DNA of 64,000 nucleotides from an uncultured Methanoregulaceae archaeon (GTDB lineage Archaea > Halobacteriota > Methanomicrobia > Methanomicrobiales > Methanospirillaceae): the NCBI GenBank assembly GCA_963737635.1, contig CAVTTL010000001.1:2176001-2240000 (forward strand). The letters are read 5' to 3'. The stretch's first letter is position 1. Each line of letters starts with the position of its first letter. The position numbers and the translations under genes are program-made. Below the pieces are notes generated by a model that was not told the origin of the DNA, searched no databases, and saw nothing but the letters and a program-made list of their open reading frames with translations. Of the stretch, positions 1-9,961 are shown piece by piece.

Positions 1-1081
1 ATCCATCAGAGTTTTTGAGCGGCACAAGGATATGATCGTACCACCGGATCGTTCCCTGGAACTCCATTGCATTCTCACTCCGGCTTGGCTTGCCGGTGGA
101 AAAAACCCGGTCCAGGAAATCCTTCTGTCGCTGGTTTACGTCAGAAAAGAAAAAGGATCCCCTCGCGGTACCGATAACCTCTTTATGGAGCTTTTGCAGT
201 GAATCCGCGGCGCGCTTGTTTAGGTACTCGACCCGGTCCTCCACATTGATGACAAAGATCATATCCTCCGAAGTTTCAGCGAGGGATCGGTAGAGCTCTT
301 CATTCTTCCTGAGCGCCTCTGCTGTCCGTTTCCGTTCGTTAATAGACCGGGTGCTTATGACGATCCCGTTTACCCCGGGGACATCTATGAGGTTGTTAGC
401 TACCGATTCAACCCAGACGTATTCTCCATCGAATGTTCTCAACCGGTGCTCATAGGGCGTTCCCTCAAGTTTCTTTTTAAATACGTCGTTCAGAGCATTC
501 TTGATGCATTCCCGATCTTCCGGATGAATGAAATCGAGGGGGTCCTTTCCGATAAAAAAGCCCTCGGGAGTACCAAGAATACGCGAGGCGGCCGGCGAGG
601 TATAGAGAAGACGGCCATTCTGATCGATTATACTGATAATATCGGAGGTATTCTGGATGAGGGCCCGGAACCGCGTTTCGCTTTCTTTTAACGCTTGCGC
701 CGATTTGCGTTGTTCCACTGATTTCTTGATTTTATGGGAAAGTTCTGCAAACTGCGATTTGAGATCGCCGCCTTTCTGCACATAAAAATCAGCGCCATTA
801 TCGATTGCGGCAATCGCAATCTCTTCGCGTCCTCTTCCGGTGAAGATTATGAAAGGCAGATCCTGATGTTCTTTCCGGAGGCGTTTTAAGAGCTCGATAC
901 CGTCCATTCCGGGCATCTGATAATCGGATATAATCGCGTCATAGGTACTGCCCCGTATGGTATCCAGTGCTTTTTGGGGCGAGCTTTCGGTCTCTATGGA
1001 AAATTCACCCGTTCTTTCAAGAAAATGTTTGCAGAGATCAAGAAGGGAGGGTTCGTCATCGATATACAATACTGACATCAT
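1..1081 (-). CDS. Response regulator (REC)-PAS sensor protein, truncated by left window edge
   Basis: Manual translation from ATG at 1081: MMSVLYIDDEPSLLDLCKHFLE..., with SDYQMPGMDG and IIFTGRGRE REC motifs, then PAS/PAC motifs; paralog of the next gene; absent from the ORF track because it has no stop in the window. Confidence 0.85.
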   Translation of the reverse strand, partial: MMSVLYIDDEPSLLDLCKHFLERTGEFSIETESSPQKALDTIRGSTYDAIISDYQMPGMDGIELLKRLRKEHQDLPFIIFTGRGREEIAIAAIDNGADFYVQKGGDLKSQFAELSHKIKKSVEQRKSAQALKESETRFRALIQNTSDIISIIDQNGRLLYTSPAASRILGTPEGFFIGKDPLDFIHPEDRECIKNALNDVFKKKLEGTPYEHRLRTFDGEYVWVESVANNLIDVPGVNGIVISTRSINERKRTAEALRKNEELYRSLAETSEDMIFVINVEDRVEYLNKRAADSLQKLHKEVIGTARGSFFFSDVNQRQKDFLDRVFSTGKPSRSENAMEFQGTIRWYDHILVPLKNSDG

Positions 1082-1283
1082 GGATAAAAACGCCCGTCAT
1101 CTGATCCTGACTAAGGACTGATGAGTTTTTCAAATACTTTAAAACATACGCTCCTTTAAGGGTTCTTTTTAAATAATATCTGATGAAATCCTTAAATAAC
1201 GTTCGCTACAGCTCCTTTCAAAACATAAAGATTAATATAAAATGAAAGGGATTTCGACAAAATGTTATAAATGGCGACCGTCT

Positions 1284-3494
1284 TTATTTTCGGGTTTCGG
1301 TGAACCGGTACCCTTCTTTCGGGACAGTTATCTCAAACCGCGCACCATTTCCCGGCGAACTGTTCTCCGCTATAGTGATACCGGTGATCGAAAGGATCTC
1401 GCGGGACAAAAACAGGCCAAAACCGGTATTTTTCCCAAAACCTTTTGTAAAGAGGTGTTGTTTATCCCCCGGGGAAATCCCTATCCCGTTGTCTTCGCAG
1501 ATAATCGTAAGCCCGATTCGCGATTCCTGATGTGACACGCGGATAGTGGTCATCTGGTCGCCGCCATATCTGAGCGCGTTGTCAAAGAGGTTGTAGAACA
1601 CTTTTTCAAAAAGCGGATCTGCATATACTTTGATACCGGTGACTGTGGCAGAGACCTGAATATCCCGCATAGGCAGGATTGCAAGAGATTTCTGCAGGCA
1701 GACATAAAGGTCCTGCCAGATCGGGGCATCGCCACCCAAATCCTCATAATCCCGCGTAAAGATGAACTGGCGTTCGATCGCGGTCACGGCCTGCTCTTCC
1801 ATACCAATATACTCGCGAATCCGGGCAGCGTCGCCAAGGGATCCTTTTGAGAGTTCAAGACAGGACTTTAAGGCAAAGATCTGATTGCAGACATCATGCC
1901 GGGTTATACTAGAAAGAATTTTGAGTTTTTTGTTGGCATTGATAAAGGCATCTTCTACCCGTCGCTGGTCCGTGATGTCAACAAGAGATGCGACCGACCG
2001 TTTCGTCCCCGGGATGATATCGATAGTGAGAACAATGTTCCGGATTTCGCCGGATCGCGTCAGGAAATGGAACGTATAGTGTTTCAGTGACGACTCATTA
2101 TTTTCCCGGCGTCTCCGGTGCTGGGCAAGCATCCGGTCGAGGTCTTCCTTCACGACGGTGTCCGTCCACTTCATCTTTCCCTCTAGTTCAGATTTGGTGT
2201 ATCCCGAGAGATGTTCAAACTCTGCATTAGCAAGAGAGATAGTTGTGTCTTCATTGATGAGAACCATTGCAGTCCCGGTATTCTCAAAGACCGTCCGGTA
2301 CGCTTCCTCGCTTTCCCGGAGGGCGTCGGTGACCAACCTGATATCGGTGATGTCCTGGATTGATCCGTGACACCGGTAAGAGTCTTTACCCGGACCTTTG
2401 TAGAAACGGAGCCGCGCGATAATATGCCGGATCTTACCATCTCTCCGGACCACCCGGTGCTCCCGTTGCAGGATAATTACCGGACCCGATTCTTTTAAAA
2501 ATACTTCTTCAATAGTGGAAAACACGGTGCGGTCATCGGGATGGATAAACTCACGAATATACACCTCGGCAGGCATCAGGATGCCGCCCTCCTGCCGGGC
2601 GGTCGTTCCCAGAATGTAGTAGAACCGTTCATTAAAGGTAAACATTCGTTTCCCGATATCAAACTCCCAGTCCGCCATCCGGGCGAGATCCATTGCTTCA
2701 TAGAGGAGGTTCCGGCCTTTTTTGAGTTCTTCCTCTTTGTGGATACGATCGGTGATATCCCGACCGACTGACTGGTACTCCCGCACCTGACCGGATTCGC
2801 CGAAGATCGCCCGGTCGCTCCATTGCTGCCACCGGACCTCGCCATGCTGCATCTGGAGCGCGTGTTCCATGGTCGCTTCGGGATGTTCAACGGTAAGGGC
2901 CCCGAGATGGTCCCGGATGGCCCGTTTATCCTCGGGGGAGATGGACGGGTGGAACTTGGTTCCCAGAATCTCTTGTGCTGTTTTGGAGAAATAACGGCAA
3001 TACGCTTCGTTAACAAAGATGTGGGTCCCGTCCGGGAGGAAGCGTGAGATGAGTTCGGTCTGGGTCTCGACAACAGCCCGGTACCGGTCTTCACTTTCCC
3101 GCAAAGCCCTGACTGCCTTTCTGCGATCGATTGCGTTCCTGATCCGGTGACTCAGCTCTGCGAATTGAGCGGTCGACTCCCCACCCTTCTGGACATACGA
3201 ATCCACATCGTAATCGATGGCCTCGATAACAACTTCCTCCCTGCCCCGGCCGGTAAAGAGAATAAACGGGAGCTCGGGATGCATCGCACGAATGTATTTG
3301 AGGAACTCAATTCCGTTCATCCCGGGTATCTGGTAATCGGAGACAATGCAATCGAACGAGGTTGTTTTTAGTTTCTCGATCGCCTCCAGTGTGGAAAGCG
3401 CGGTATCGATACGAAGGAAACCGGACATTTCAAGGAACGTCCTGCCAAGATCGAGAAGGGCAGGTTCGTCGTCAATATAGAGCACAGAAAACAT
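1284..3494 (-). CDS. REC-PAS-PAS-PAS-histidine kinase (HATPase_c)
   Basis: MFSVLYIDDEP REC domain; three PAS/PAC repeats; H-box ITRHDVCNQ; N-box FYNLFDNA; G boxes EDNGIGI and TGFGLF. Start set at ATG 3494. Confidence 0.9.
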   Translation of the reverse strand: MFSVLYIDDEPALLDLGRTFLEMSGFLRIDTALSTLEAIEKLKTTSFDCIVSDYQIPGMNGIEFLKYIRAMHPELPFILFTGRGREEVVIEAIDYDVDSYVQKGGESTAQFAELSHRIRNAIDRRKAVRALRESEDRYRAVVETQTELISRFLPDGTHIFVNEAYCRYFSKTAQEILGTKFHPSISPEDKRAIRDHLGALTVEHPEATMEHALQMQHGEVRWQQWSDRAIFGESGQVREYQSVGRDITDRIHKEEELKKGRNLLYEAMDLARMADWEFDIGKRMFTFNERFYYILGTTARQEGGILMPAEVYIREFIHPDDRTVFSTIEEVFLKESGPVIILQREHRVVRRDGKIRHIIARLRFYKGPGKDSYRCHGSIQDITDIRLVTDALRESEEAYRTVFENTGTAMVLINEDTTISLANAEFEHLSGYTKSELEGKMKWTDTVVKEDLDRMLAQHRRRRENNESSLKHYTFHFLTRSGEIRNIVLTIDIIPGTKRSVASLVDITDQRRVEDAFINANKKLKILSSITRHDVCNQIFALKSCLELSKGSLGDAARIREYIGMEEQAVTAIERQFIFTRDYEDLGGDAPIWQDLYVCLQKSLAILPMRDIQVSATVTGIKVYADPLFEKVFYNLFDNALRYGGDQMTTIRVSHQESRIGLTIICEDNGIGISPGDKQHLFTKGFGKNTGFGLFLSREILSITGITIAENSSPGNGARFEITVPKEGYRFTETRK

Positions 3495-3674
3495 GGGACC
3501 AAATCCCCGGCACTTGAAGCAAGTAATATGGGTTCTCATTATATTTTAAGCGACTGAAAACAGGAAAACGCTCGATTCCCCGTCGATCTAATGTATCGGG
3601 ATTATTGAAACGATGTTTCATGGCCTGCACAGTCCCGCAAGTCTTATGTGCGCTGAAACGAAGAGCACCCGAAT

Positions 3675-4355
3675 ATGGGTGAGGTTATCGATAATCCCCT
3701 ATTGCGGGAACGGCGGTTTGTTTTTTCCGACCGGCACGATGCAGGAAGACAGCTCGGAGTATTTCTCAAATCCATACCTGACCTTCGCGACCTGCTTGTC
3801 CTTGCTATCCCGGCCGGTGGTGCGCCGGTCGGCAGGGAAGTCGCACACGCGCTCACGGCCCCGCTCTCGCTTGCCATAGTGCGCAAGATACGGATTCCAG
3901 GAAGCACGGAGTCTGGATTCGGTGCCGTAACGTGGGACGGGCAGGTGCTGATCAACGAAGAACTGCGTGCCGCCCTTGATCTGTCGGCAGATGAAGTCGA
4001 ACGCGCAATTGCCGAGACCAGGGAAAATGTCAGCGAACGGGTGGCCCGGTTTACCGGGAACGGGAATCTCCCCGATTTCGAGGGGAAAACCGTAATCCTG
4101 ACCGATGACGGGCTCGCTTCAGGTTTTACGATGCTTGCCGCGATACAGAGTATCCGGCACAAGAGCCCTCTCCGGATCATCTGTGCTGTTCCCACCGGGT
4201 CGTCATCAGCTGTGCGTCTGGTCGCTGAGCACGTAGATCTGGTTGCCTGCTTAAACATCCGGAGCAGTCGGATGTTTGCTGTCGCCGATGCCTATGAAAA
4301 ATGGTATGACCTCGACGACCGGGAAGTCCTCACGGAACTCGAAGGTGTACGATGA
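3675..4355 (+). CDS. Phosphoribosyltransferase family protein
   Basis: FSDRHDAGRQL N-terminus; PRPP-binding loop VILTDDGLASGFT. Confidence 0.85.
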   Translation: MGEVIDNPLLRERRFVFSDRHDAGRQLGVFLKSIPDLRDLLVLAIPAGGAPVGREVAHALTAPLSLAIVRKIRIPGSTESGFGAVTWDGQVLINEELRAALDLSADEVERAIAETRENVSERVARFTGNGNLPDFEGKTVILTDDGLASGFTMLAAIQSIRHKSPLRIICAVPTGSSSAVRLVAEHVDLVACLNIRSSRMFAVADAYEKWYDLDDREVLTELEGVR

Positions 4356-5527
4356 CGACCGTTTTGAACCAGTCTGCAGCGGCGCAGGACCTTATGCGGG
4401 ACTTTGCGGAGCTGACCGGGCTTGACCCCACCAGCAGCCATCCCAGGCGCTATCTCTGGACAGATGCATTTGCGGTCTGTAATTACCTGGGCTTTTTTGA
4501 AGCAACCGGTAACGCCGCTTTCCGGGACCTGGCCCTGCACCTTGTAAGACAGGTACACGGCACGCTTGGCCGGCACCGGGACGACGATACGCGGGGGGGC
4601 TGGATTAGCGGCCTCTTATCCAAAGAGGGTGAGATGCACCCTACCGCCGGGGGCCTGCGGATCGGAAAAATGCTTCCTGAGCGCAGCCTGGCCGAAGAAG
4701 ACGACGATCGGGAATGGGACCGGGACGGGCAATACTACCACTACCTGACCAAATGGATGCATGCACTCAACCGGGTGAGCAGGGTGACCGGTAACCAGGA
4801 CTGTTTCAGCTGGGCAGTCGAGCTCGCATGCACTGCCCATGCCCGGTTCACGTACTTCCCTCCGGGGGGTCGTACAAAACGCATGTACTGGAAGATGAGT
4901 GTGGATCTCACCCGTCCGCTTGTGCTCTCCATGGGCCAGCATGACCCCCTCGATGGTTTTGTTACGTATAATGAGCTGCAGCTGGCGGCGTCCCGGAGAA
5001 CCGGCTTTAGCCGGGAGCAGGTCCTTACCAGCGAGATCGCGGACATGGACGGGATCTGCCGGGGTATGGACATGGCAACGGACGATCCTCTCGGTATCGG
5101 GGGCCTCCTGTGCGACGCGTTGCGGATCACGTTACTTGGAGCCCGGGGAGGGCCGGTATATCCCGGCCTGCTCGAAACCGTTCTTGGTTCGGCGCTTACC
5201 GGTCTTACCTCCTTTGAGAGATCCGGTCTCCTTGCGGCGCCGGCCCGGTACCGGCTTGCGTTTCGCGAGCTCGGCCTCTCAATCGGCCTTGCAGCAGTCG
5301 AGATGCTGCCGGACCATATCAGGGAAAACTCTGAGGGATTCGCTGGGAGGGAATCCCTGCAGCACAAGGTGCAGGCTATCCGGGACTATATGCCGCTCCG
5401 CGAAGAGATCGAAGGGTTCTGGCTTGAAGAAAAGAACAGGAAGGCTGGCAGCTGGAGGGATCACCGGGAGATTAACCTGGTGATGCTTGCCACCAGTCTC
5501 GCACCGGCCGGATTTTTGGGATTTTGA
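4352..5527 (+). CDS. Conserved hypothetical protein, possibly an (alpha/alpha)6 six-hairpin fold
   Basis: 391 aa, overlaps the PRTase stop (ATGA); motifs RYLWTDAFAV, DGQYYHYLTKW, WKMSVDL, RLAFRELGL, HREINLVM. Confidence 0.7.
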   Translation: MTTVLNQSAAAQDLMRDFAELTGLDPTSSHPRRYLWTDAFAVCNYLGFFEATGNAAFRDLALHLVRQVHGTLGRHRDDDTRGGWISGLLSKEGEMHPTAGGLRIGKMLPERSLAEEDDDREWDRDGQYYHYLTKWMHALNRVSRVTGNQDCFSWAVELACTAHARFTYFPPGGRTKRMYWKMSVDLTRPLVLSMGQHDPLDGFVTYNELQLAASRRTGFSREQVLTSEIADMDGICRGMDMATDDPLGIGGLLCDALRITLLGARGGPVYPGLLETVLGSALTGLTSFERSGLLAAPARYRLAFRELGLSIGLAAVEMLPDHIRENSEGFAGRESLQHKVQAIRDYMPLREEIEGFWLEEKNRKAGSWRDHREINLVMLATSLAPAGFLGF

Positions 5528-5547
5528 AAGAATTCCTTCCACCTGCA

Positions 5548-6972
5548 TCAGCCTTGTTTTTCCTTCCGGCCGGGGAAACGGTACGCCCCTCTGGGGATGA
5601 TAATCTCAAACCGGGCACCCTTTCCGGGGGTCCCGGTCTCCCGTATGGTAATACCGGTGATCTCGAGGATTTCCCGGGCAAGGAAGAGCCCGATAGATCT
5701 CGTTTTCTGGAAATCCGGTGAAAAGATCCGGTCCCTGATCGTGTCGGTAATCCCTACACCATCGTCTTCAAAGAAGATGGTGACTGCTTCCGCATCTTCA
5801 GTATACCGCAACGTCACCTGCGTGGCCGTCTTCCCATGAACAAGAGTATTATCGGCAAGAATCACTAGGACCTGCTCAAGCAGCGGATCGGAAAAGATCT
5901 CAAGGCCATCCAGCTGGATCACGTGTTTCATCGTGAGGAAATCCAGGTGAGAGATTGCCAGAAGGAAAACCTGCTTCACATCCTGCCAGAGCGGTGGCTT
6001 GAGTCCGAGATTCTGGTAAGCCTGTGCAAATTTCAGGGACTGGGAGATTTGGTTCAGAAGTTCTTCTTCTTTTACAAAAACTGAACGCACTGGGCTTTCT
6101 GTTATCCGGTCCTTTACGAACTGCTGGAATCCCCAGAGAGTGAAGAGCGCATTCTGGATCTCGTTGAACGTGACATAGTTTAGGAGATGCAGTTTCTTCT
6201 TTGCCTGATCGAGGGCTTTTTGCTCCTGCATCCGTTCACTGATATCCCTGACCACGTGGATGGCACTTACCAGATTTCCGGTACTGTCAAAGACCGGGTC
6301 CACGGTGACCTGGAGCCAGCCTTTTCCCTTCGGCTTCGGCATATCCATAGTCTCCCTTTGCCTGCTTTCAAGCATCCTGATCCGTGGACATTCCGTGGTC
6401 GGGCACGAAGTGCCATGGACAAGCTCAAAACAGTTCCTGCCGATGGCTTGGTCAGCGGGGATGCCCACCAGAGATTCGATCCCGCGGTTCGTTTTGAGGA
6501 TCCGGCCATCCGGGGAGATCAGGCTGACCCAGTCAGATATGGCGTTATAGGTCGTTTCCCATTCAGCCTTGCCGCGCGCAAGATCTTCATACTGGATCCG
6601 CAGTTCATCTTCCCGGGCCCGGATCTGTTCGTTGGAGACCCGCAGCTCTTCACTCTTTTCCTGCCACTGGCGGGTGAAGTGCCGGATAAGCACGAAGAGA
6701 AGGAGCGCCATGACAAGGATAAAAATAATGCCTTTTACTGACTGGAGTATGGCGTACTCTCTTTCATCTGGGACAAGCGCGAGAAGTACCCAGTCTGAGC
6801 AGAGGATCCAGATGAAGCCCAAAACAAGGTAAATAAGGGCTATTTTCAGTGGGTCCAGGGTAAAGATCCGGTCCTTGTGAAACCACGAAGAGATCGTTTG
6901 AGTGACTGAAGTATCCTTTTCCGGCACATGAGACTCCATATCCGGCCCCCCCGATGTTCGGTACGTCATCAT
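5548..6972 (-). CDS. Membrane-anchored PAS / histidine-kinase-like sensor with degenerate H-box
   Basis: Two TM helices, coiled coil, PAS with CFELVHG..CP..ECP, HATPase EDDGVGI; H-box reads VTFNEIQN. Confidence 0.85.
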   Translation of the reverse strand: MMTYRTSGGPDMESHVPEKDTSVTQTISSWFHKDRIFTLDPLKIALIYLVLGFIWILCSDWVLLALVPDEREYAILQSVKGIIFILVMALLLFVLIRHFTRQWQEKSEELRVSNEQIRAREDELRIQYEDLARGKAEWETTYNAISDWVSLISPDGRILKTNRGIESLVGIPADQAIGRNCFELVHGTSCPTTECPRIRMLESRQRETMDMPKPKGKGWLQVTVDPVFDSTGNLVSAIHVVRDISERMQEQKALDQAKKKLHLLNYVTFNEIQNALFTLWGFQQFVKDRITESPVRSVFVKEEELLNQISQSLKFAQAYQNLGLKPPLWQDVKQVFLLAISHLDFLTMKHVIQLDGLEIFSDPLLEQVLVILADNTLVHGKTATQVTLRYTEDAEAVTIFFEDDGVGITDTIRDRIFSPDFQKTRSIGLFLAREILEITGITIRETGTPGKGARFEIIIPRGAYRFPGRKEKQG

Positions 6973-7116
6973 CGGTGAATAATACCTACTTCAGTACACC
7001 TAATAAGATTGCCGTTTTAATCCGGGATCTTTTATATGAAGATGTTTTTTCTCTGCCTTTGAGCAGGTATACCACAAAAAGAGTGGTTAATCCCTGATTT
7101 TCGGATCAAAGACCGC

Positions 7117-7542
7117 CTATTGCCGGTGTCCCCTTTTGAGGCTTTTGCACCGGTTGAAATACGTTTCGCCCCAGACCCAGGGCTGGTATGTGCAGCACAT
7201 CTCGGGTTTGATTGTATGGATCCCGCAGAGATACCGTTCTTTTGCGACCCGGCGCAGGAACGGGCAGGCTGTGACATACCCGCCGGTCTCCGGGTCGCGC
7301 ATCTCAAAGACCACCACATTCCCAAGATCGCAGGCGGCGAGGTTAATACAGTTGACCGGTGTACTGCCATTCTCGAGAAAAGCGACAAACCAGCGCAGGA
7401 TATCGGTCCGCCCCTGTTCGATCCAGGTATATACATTTGCGACAGTCGGTGCTATACCAGGGCCGAAGATCCGGCAGCAGAGCCCGCACTGTTCGCAGGG
7501 CTCCACTTCGGAGATAGGGTCATCCATCGTGCTTCCTTCCAC
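7117..7542 (-). CDS. YkgJ-family CxxCxxCC (Zn/Fe-S cluster) protein
   Basis: CEQCGLCC ... CPFL ... CGIHTIKPEMC. Confidence 0.85.
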   Translation of the reverse strand: MEGSTMDDPISEVEPCEQCGLCCRIFGPGIAPTVANVYTWIEQGRTDILRWFVAFLENGSTPVNCINLAACDLGNVVVFEMRDPETGGYVTACPFLRRVAKERYLCGIHTIKPEMCCTYQPWVWGETYFNRCKSLKRGHRQ

Positions 7543-7623
7543 TATTCACCACTGATGGATAAGAGTTTGCCGACAGGGTGACAGAAATGTAATGGGTGAT
7601 TCCCGAAGGAAGAATGCCCTGTT

Positions 7624-8580
7624 TTACCCATAATTGGTGATCACCAGTTCGTTTACCGGGCCGCGCCGGGCCCCATTGCAGTTGATCGTCCGCCTCGCTG
7701 GCACCCGCCGGATGGAAAAGCCCCCGTACAGCTCATCAAAAAAGGAGTCCCCGGGATCGGAGTTGCTCAGCATAACCATCGCATCTTTCCGGTCCAGATC
7801 CCGGAAAAATTTTGCAAGGCGTATCTGATCGGATTCGGAGAACCCGTTGCGGGAATAGGAAGTAAAGGAGGATGTCGTGTTGAGCGGGCGGTAAGGAGGG
7901 TCGAGATACACGAAGGTCCGGTCGTCAACAGCGCTCCTGCACCGGGTGAAATCGCCGCACATGATCCGGGAGTTTTTAAGCAGTGCTTCGACTTTTCCCA
8001 GGTTATCAGCATTGAGGATCTCCGGGTTGCGATACTGCCCGAACGGGACATTGAAGCCGCCACTCCGGTTGACGCGGAACAAGCCGTTGTAACAGGTATG
8101 GTTGAGAAAAATAATCTGTGCCGCACGCTTAACCCACCGTTTATGGTAATGTCCGAAATTGACTGCCGCAAGGTCCTCGTTGAATGCTGACCGGACCTCA
8201 TAATAATACGCTTCCTGTTGCGAACCGTTCTTTGCATGGTACACAGACTCAAGCAGTGCCAGCTCTTTGATAAGCTGGGGGAGAGACGTCCGGATTACCC
8301 GGTAGGTCAGGATCAACTCCTCGTTAATATCGCAAAGGGTACATGTTTCAAACGGGAATATCCGGTTCAGAGAGAAAAATACTGCACCGCCTCCAATGAA
8401 CGGCTCGACATACCGGGTGATCGTCCTGTCGTTTAATACTGTGGGTGGCAGGTATCGGGCAAACTCGCCAAGTAACTGTGATTTTCCCCCGGCCCATTTC
8501 AGGAAAGGCCGTGCCCCGGGACTCCGGTCGTCTGAGTGTACCATAGGGATCGTTTGCACCGCGCTTCTATCAGGTATCAC
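7624..8580 (-). CDS. dam: Dam-like D12-class N6-adenine DNA methyltransferase
   Basis: PFLKWAGGKSQL, YVEPFIGGGAV, CYNGLFRVN..GFNVPFG, VYLDPPY, MLSNSD, ELVITNY. Confidence 0.92.
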   Translation of the reverse strand: MIPDRSAVQTIPMVHSDDRSPGARPFLKWAGGKSQLLGEFARYLPPTVLNDRTITRYVEPFIGGGAVFFSLNRIFPFETCTLCDINEELILTYRVIRTSLPQLIKELALLESVYHAKNGSQQEAYYYEVRSAFNEDLAAVNFGHYHKRWVKRAAQIIFLNHTCYNGLFRVNRSGGFNVPFGQYRNPEILNADNLGKVEALLKNSRIMCGDFTRCRSAVDDRTFVYLDPPYRPLNTTSSFTSYSRNGFSESDQIRLAKFFRDLDRKDAMVMLSNSDPGDSFFDELYGGFSIRRVPARRTINCNGARRGPVNELVITNYG

Positions 8581-8773
8581 GCTAATCGGTTATCATACCT
8601 CGGCATCCGGACTAAAAAAACCAACAATTGCGCATCCGGCCAACGCTCCCGGAAGTAGAGGGTACTGTTCGAGATCGTTTTTAACCCATTAAATACAGAC
8701 AAGGGAATACGAGGTTTGCAAAGGTGGGGGGATAACATTTTTGAGCCAAAAGACCGGTCCACAGCCGTCAGGA

Positions 8774-9736
8774 ATGAGATTCACGAAAGCGCTTGACGTC
8801 AGGATACTTATCGGTCTTATTTTGTGCGCCATCGCCTTTGCTGTTATAACCGGCCCGGCAGCAGCCGAACGTGAGGCAAACGTGTCGGCACTGTTGCCCA
8901 CACCGGCCCCTCAGGTTGTATACATTGGTGTGTATATCGTGGATTTTAAACAATTTAGCGTCGCGGATGGAACGTACGAGACCGATTTTTACCTCAATCT
9001 CATGTCGGATGCCAATATATCGTTAAATGATCTCGAATTTATGAATGGGCATGTATCATCTGTGGATACCATTACGGATACACCTCACGAAAAGAACTAC
9101 CGGATCTATGCATTGATGACCGCAAATCCCGATCTCCGCCGTTATCCCTTCGATAAACACACCCTTCCCATTATCGTCGAGCCGAAGGTTCTCACTGAGA
9201 ATGACATGGTTCTTGTTATCGACGAAAACAATACCGGCCTCGATACGGAGGCCGACCTTCCGGGGTGGAGCTTAAGCGGCATGTCCTCCCAAATCACTAA
9301 CAGAACCTATGTGGCAGGGGAGGTCCCGTATTCCCGAGCCATCTTCAACTATGGGATTGAACGGGATATCGCTTCAACCATTCTGAAATTCTTCCTCCCG
9401 ATCGCCCTTATCGTGACCGTTTCACTCGCATCGCTCTTGATGAAAGTCTCGTCAAGGCTGGGACTGAATGGATCGATGTTCCTGGCAGCGGTGCTCATCC
9501 ACTGGCGTATCGCAGATGCCATTCCTCTTGTCGCGTATGCAACCTTCCTCGATTTCTTTATGATCATTACGTATGCTACCCTGGTAATGGTCCTCATCTC
9601 AGGGATCCTGATCATTAAGTTCACTGAGGACAAGGACACACGCCGGATCGAACGGGTCAATCGCTGGTCTATTCGTATTATACCGGCGCTTTCGATCTCG
9701 TTGTATTTCCTGGTCTTCCTTTCGCTCTTTATATAG
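8774..9736 (+). CDS. Prokaryotic pentameric ligand-gated ion channel (GLIC/ELIC-like)
   Basis: Signal peptide; Pro-loop DLRRYPFDKHTL; LPGW; pre-M1 Arg (IER); M1 Pro (FFLP); M2-M3 P..Y.T..D; four C-terminal TM helices. Confidence 0.85.
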   Translation: MRFTKALDVRILIGLILCAIAFAVITGPAAAEREANVSALLPTPAPQVVYIGVYIVDFKQFSVADGTYETDFYLNLMSDANISLNDLEFMNGHVSSVDTITDTPHEKNYRIYALMTANPDLRRYPFDKHTLPIIVEPKVLTENDMVLVIDENNTGLDTEADLPGWSLSGMSSQITNRTYVAGEVPYSRAIFNYGIERDIASTILKFFLPIALIVTVSLASLLMKVSSRLGLNGSMFLAAVLIHWRIADAIPLVAYATFLDFFMIITYATLVMVLISGILIIKFTEDKDTRRIERVNRWSIRIIPALSISLYFLVFLSLFI

Positions 9737-9961
9737 GTGCCTTGGTGGAGCCCGGGGAAAATCTCCCCAGTTTATTCACCGGTGAGGAACAGGACACTAA
9801 AAGAACGGCCCGCTGCCTTCGTAGGGAAGGTGCATACGTCAGGCAAATGCGTAAGCGGGGCTGTTTTATCTTCAATACCGACGGGTGGATCAGAACCCTC
9901 CCTTTTTATGCAGGTGAAACTGATGTACAGAGCAGGAAGAGCAACCGCCCGGCTGTATACC

